This document shows positions 63,597-64,000 of a stretch of DNA of 64,000 bases, piece by piece. Each line of letters opens with the position of its first letter. The stretch's first letter is position 1. The stretch comes from an uncultured Aquiluna sp. Its GTDB lineage: Bacteria > Actinomycetota > Actinomycetes > Actinomycetales > Microbacteriaceae. Position numbers and translations under genes: made by a program. The stretch spans positions 18,811 through 82,810 of the forward strand of contig CAZLKR010000002.1 in the NCBI GenBank assembly GCA_964560155.1, read 5' to 3'. The notes beneath the pieces are model-generated. The model searched no databases. It was not told the origin of the DNA and saw nothing but the letters and a program-made list of their open reading frames with translations.

Positions 63597-64000
63597 GTGT
63601 CTGAACAACTAACAGCTGAATCGGTAAGCCAAGCGCTTGCAGCGTCACTCGCGCTTGTAAATCAAGCCGCCAGCTTTCAGGACCTAAAAGCCGTCAAGGC
63701 AACAGCCGTTGGTGAAGACTCACCACTTTCAAAACTCAACTCCCTAATCAAGTCGATGCCTAACGAACAAAAGGCAGAGGCCGGCAAGTTGATTGGTGCA
63801 GCTCGGGCTGAGCTGAATACTGCATTTAGCACCAAAGAGGCCGAACTTCAGGCTGTTGCTGACGCCGAAGCGCTGGATAGTGAGCGGGTTGACATCACTG
63901 CCTACCCAAGAGTTGCCCCTAAGGGCGCCAGGCACCCACTGTCACTTTTGATGGACTCAATTAGCGATGTCTTTATTGGCATGGGCTGGGAAATTGCAGA
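63597..64000 (+). CDS. pheS: Phenylalanine--tRNA ligase alpha subunit (3' truncated by window; absent from ORF track)
   Basis: Hand translation from GTG 63597: MSEQLT...ERVDIT...GARHPLSLLMDSISDVFIGMGWEIA. Confidence 0.95.
   Translation, partial: MSEQLTAESVSQALAASLALVNQAASFQDLKAVKATAVGEDSPLSKLNSLIKSMPNEQKAEAGKLIGAARAELNTAFSTKEAELQAVADAEALDSERVDITAYPRVAPKGARHPLSLLMDSISDVFIGMGWEIA

Overview
A gene-dense, mostly housekeeping chromosomal segment of an actinobacterium with moderate GC. Gene order and protein sequences point to Microbacteriaceae, and the very short spacers and CTA-rich leucine usage suggest a streamlined aquatic Aquiluna/Rhodoluna-like lineage (inference). In order it holds: the end of the ATP synthase operon (atpG-atpD-atpC) plus yaaA; an ECF sigma/putative anti-sigma pair; tag and ogt alkylation-repair genes; a small degenerate FtsK/HerA-like ATPase; a polyamine/GABA uptake and catabolism cluster; dxr-rseP-ispG-proS-nusA-ylxR-infB-rbfA-truB; a pstCAB-pstS-pstS-like block with PHO boxes; ribF, rpsO, pnp, M16 peptidase, dapB, thyX, dapA, rnj, ftsK, pgsA, cinA, clgR, recA-recX, miaB-miaA-dapF, hflX, lexA, a LysM gene, hisCBH-priA, infC-rpmI-rplT and the start of pheS. 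I saw no tRNA, rRNA, CRISPR array, prophage or transposase. Nothing here proves a new system. The best leads are: (1) an unanchored basic PstS paired with a strongly acidic, motif-less PstS-like lipoprotein; (2) an inverted DnaA-box pair centred about 60 bp from two divergent, apparently leaderless genes (ogt and the mini-FtsK); (3) mutually exclusive hairpins over the infB Shine-Dalgarno (SD); (4) pervasive leaderless promoters, some built on the upstream stop codon. Counts and alignments were done by hand, and several start codons were moved from the supplied ORF track.
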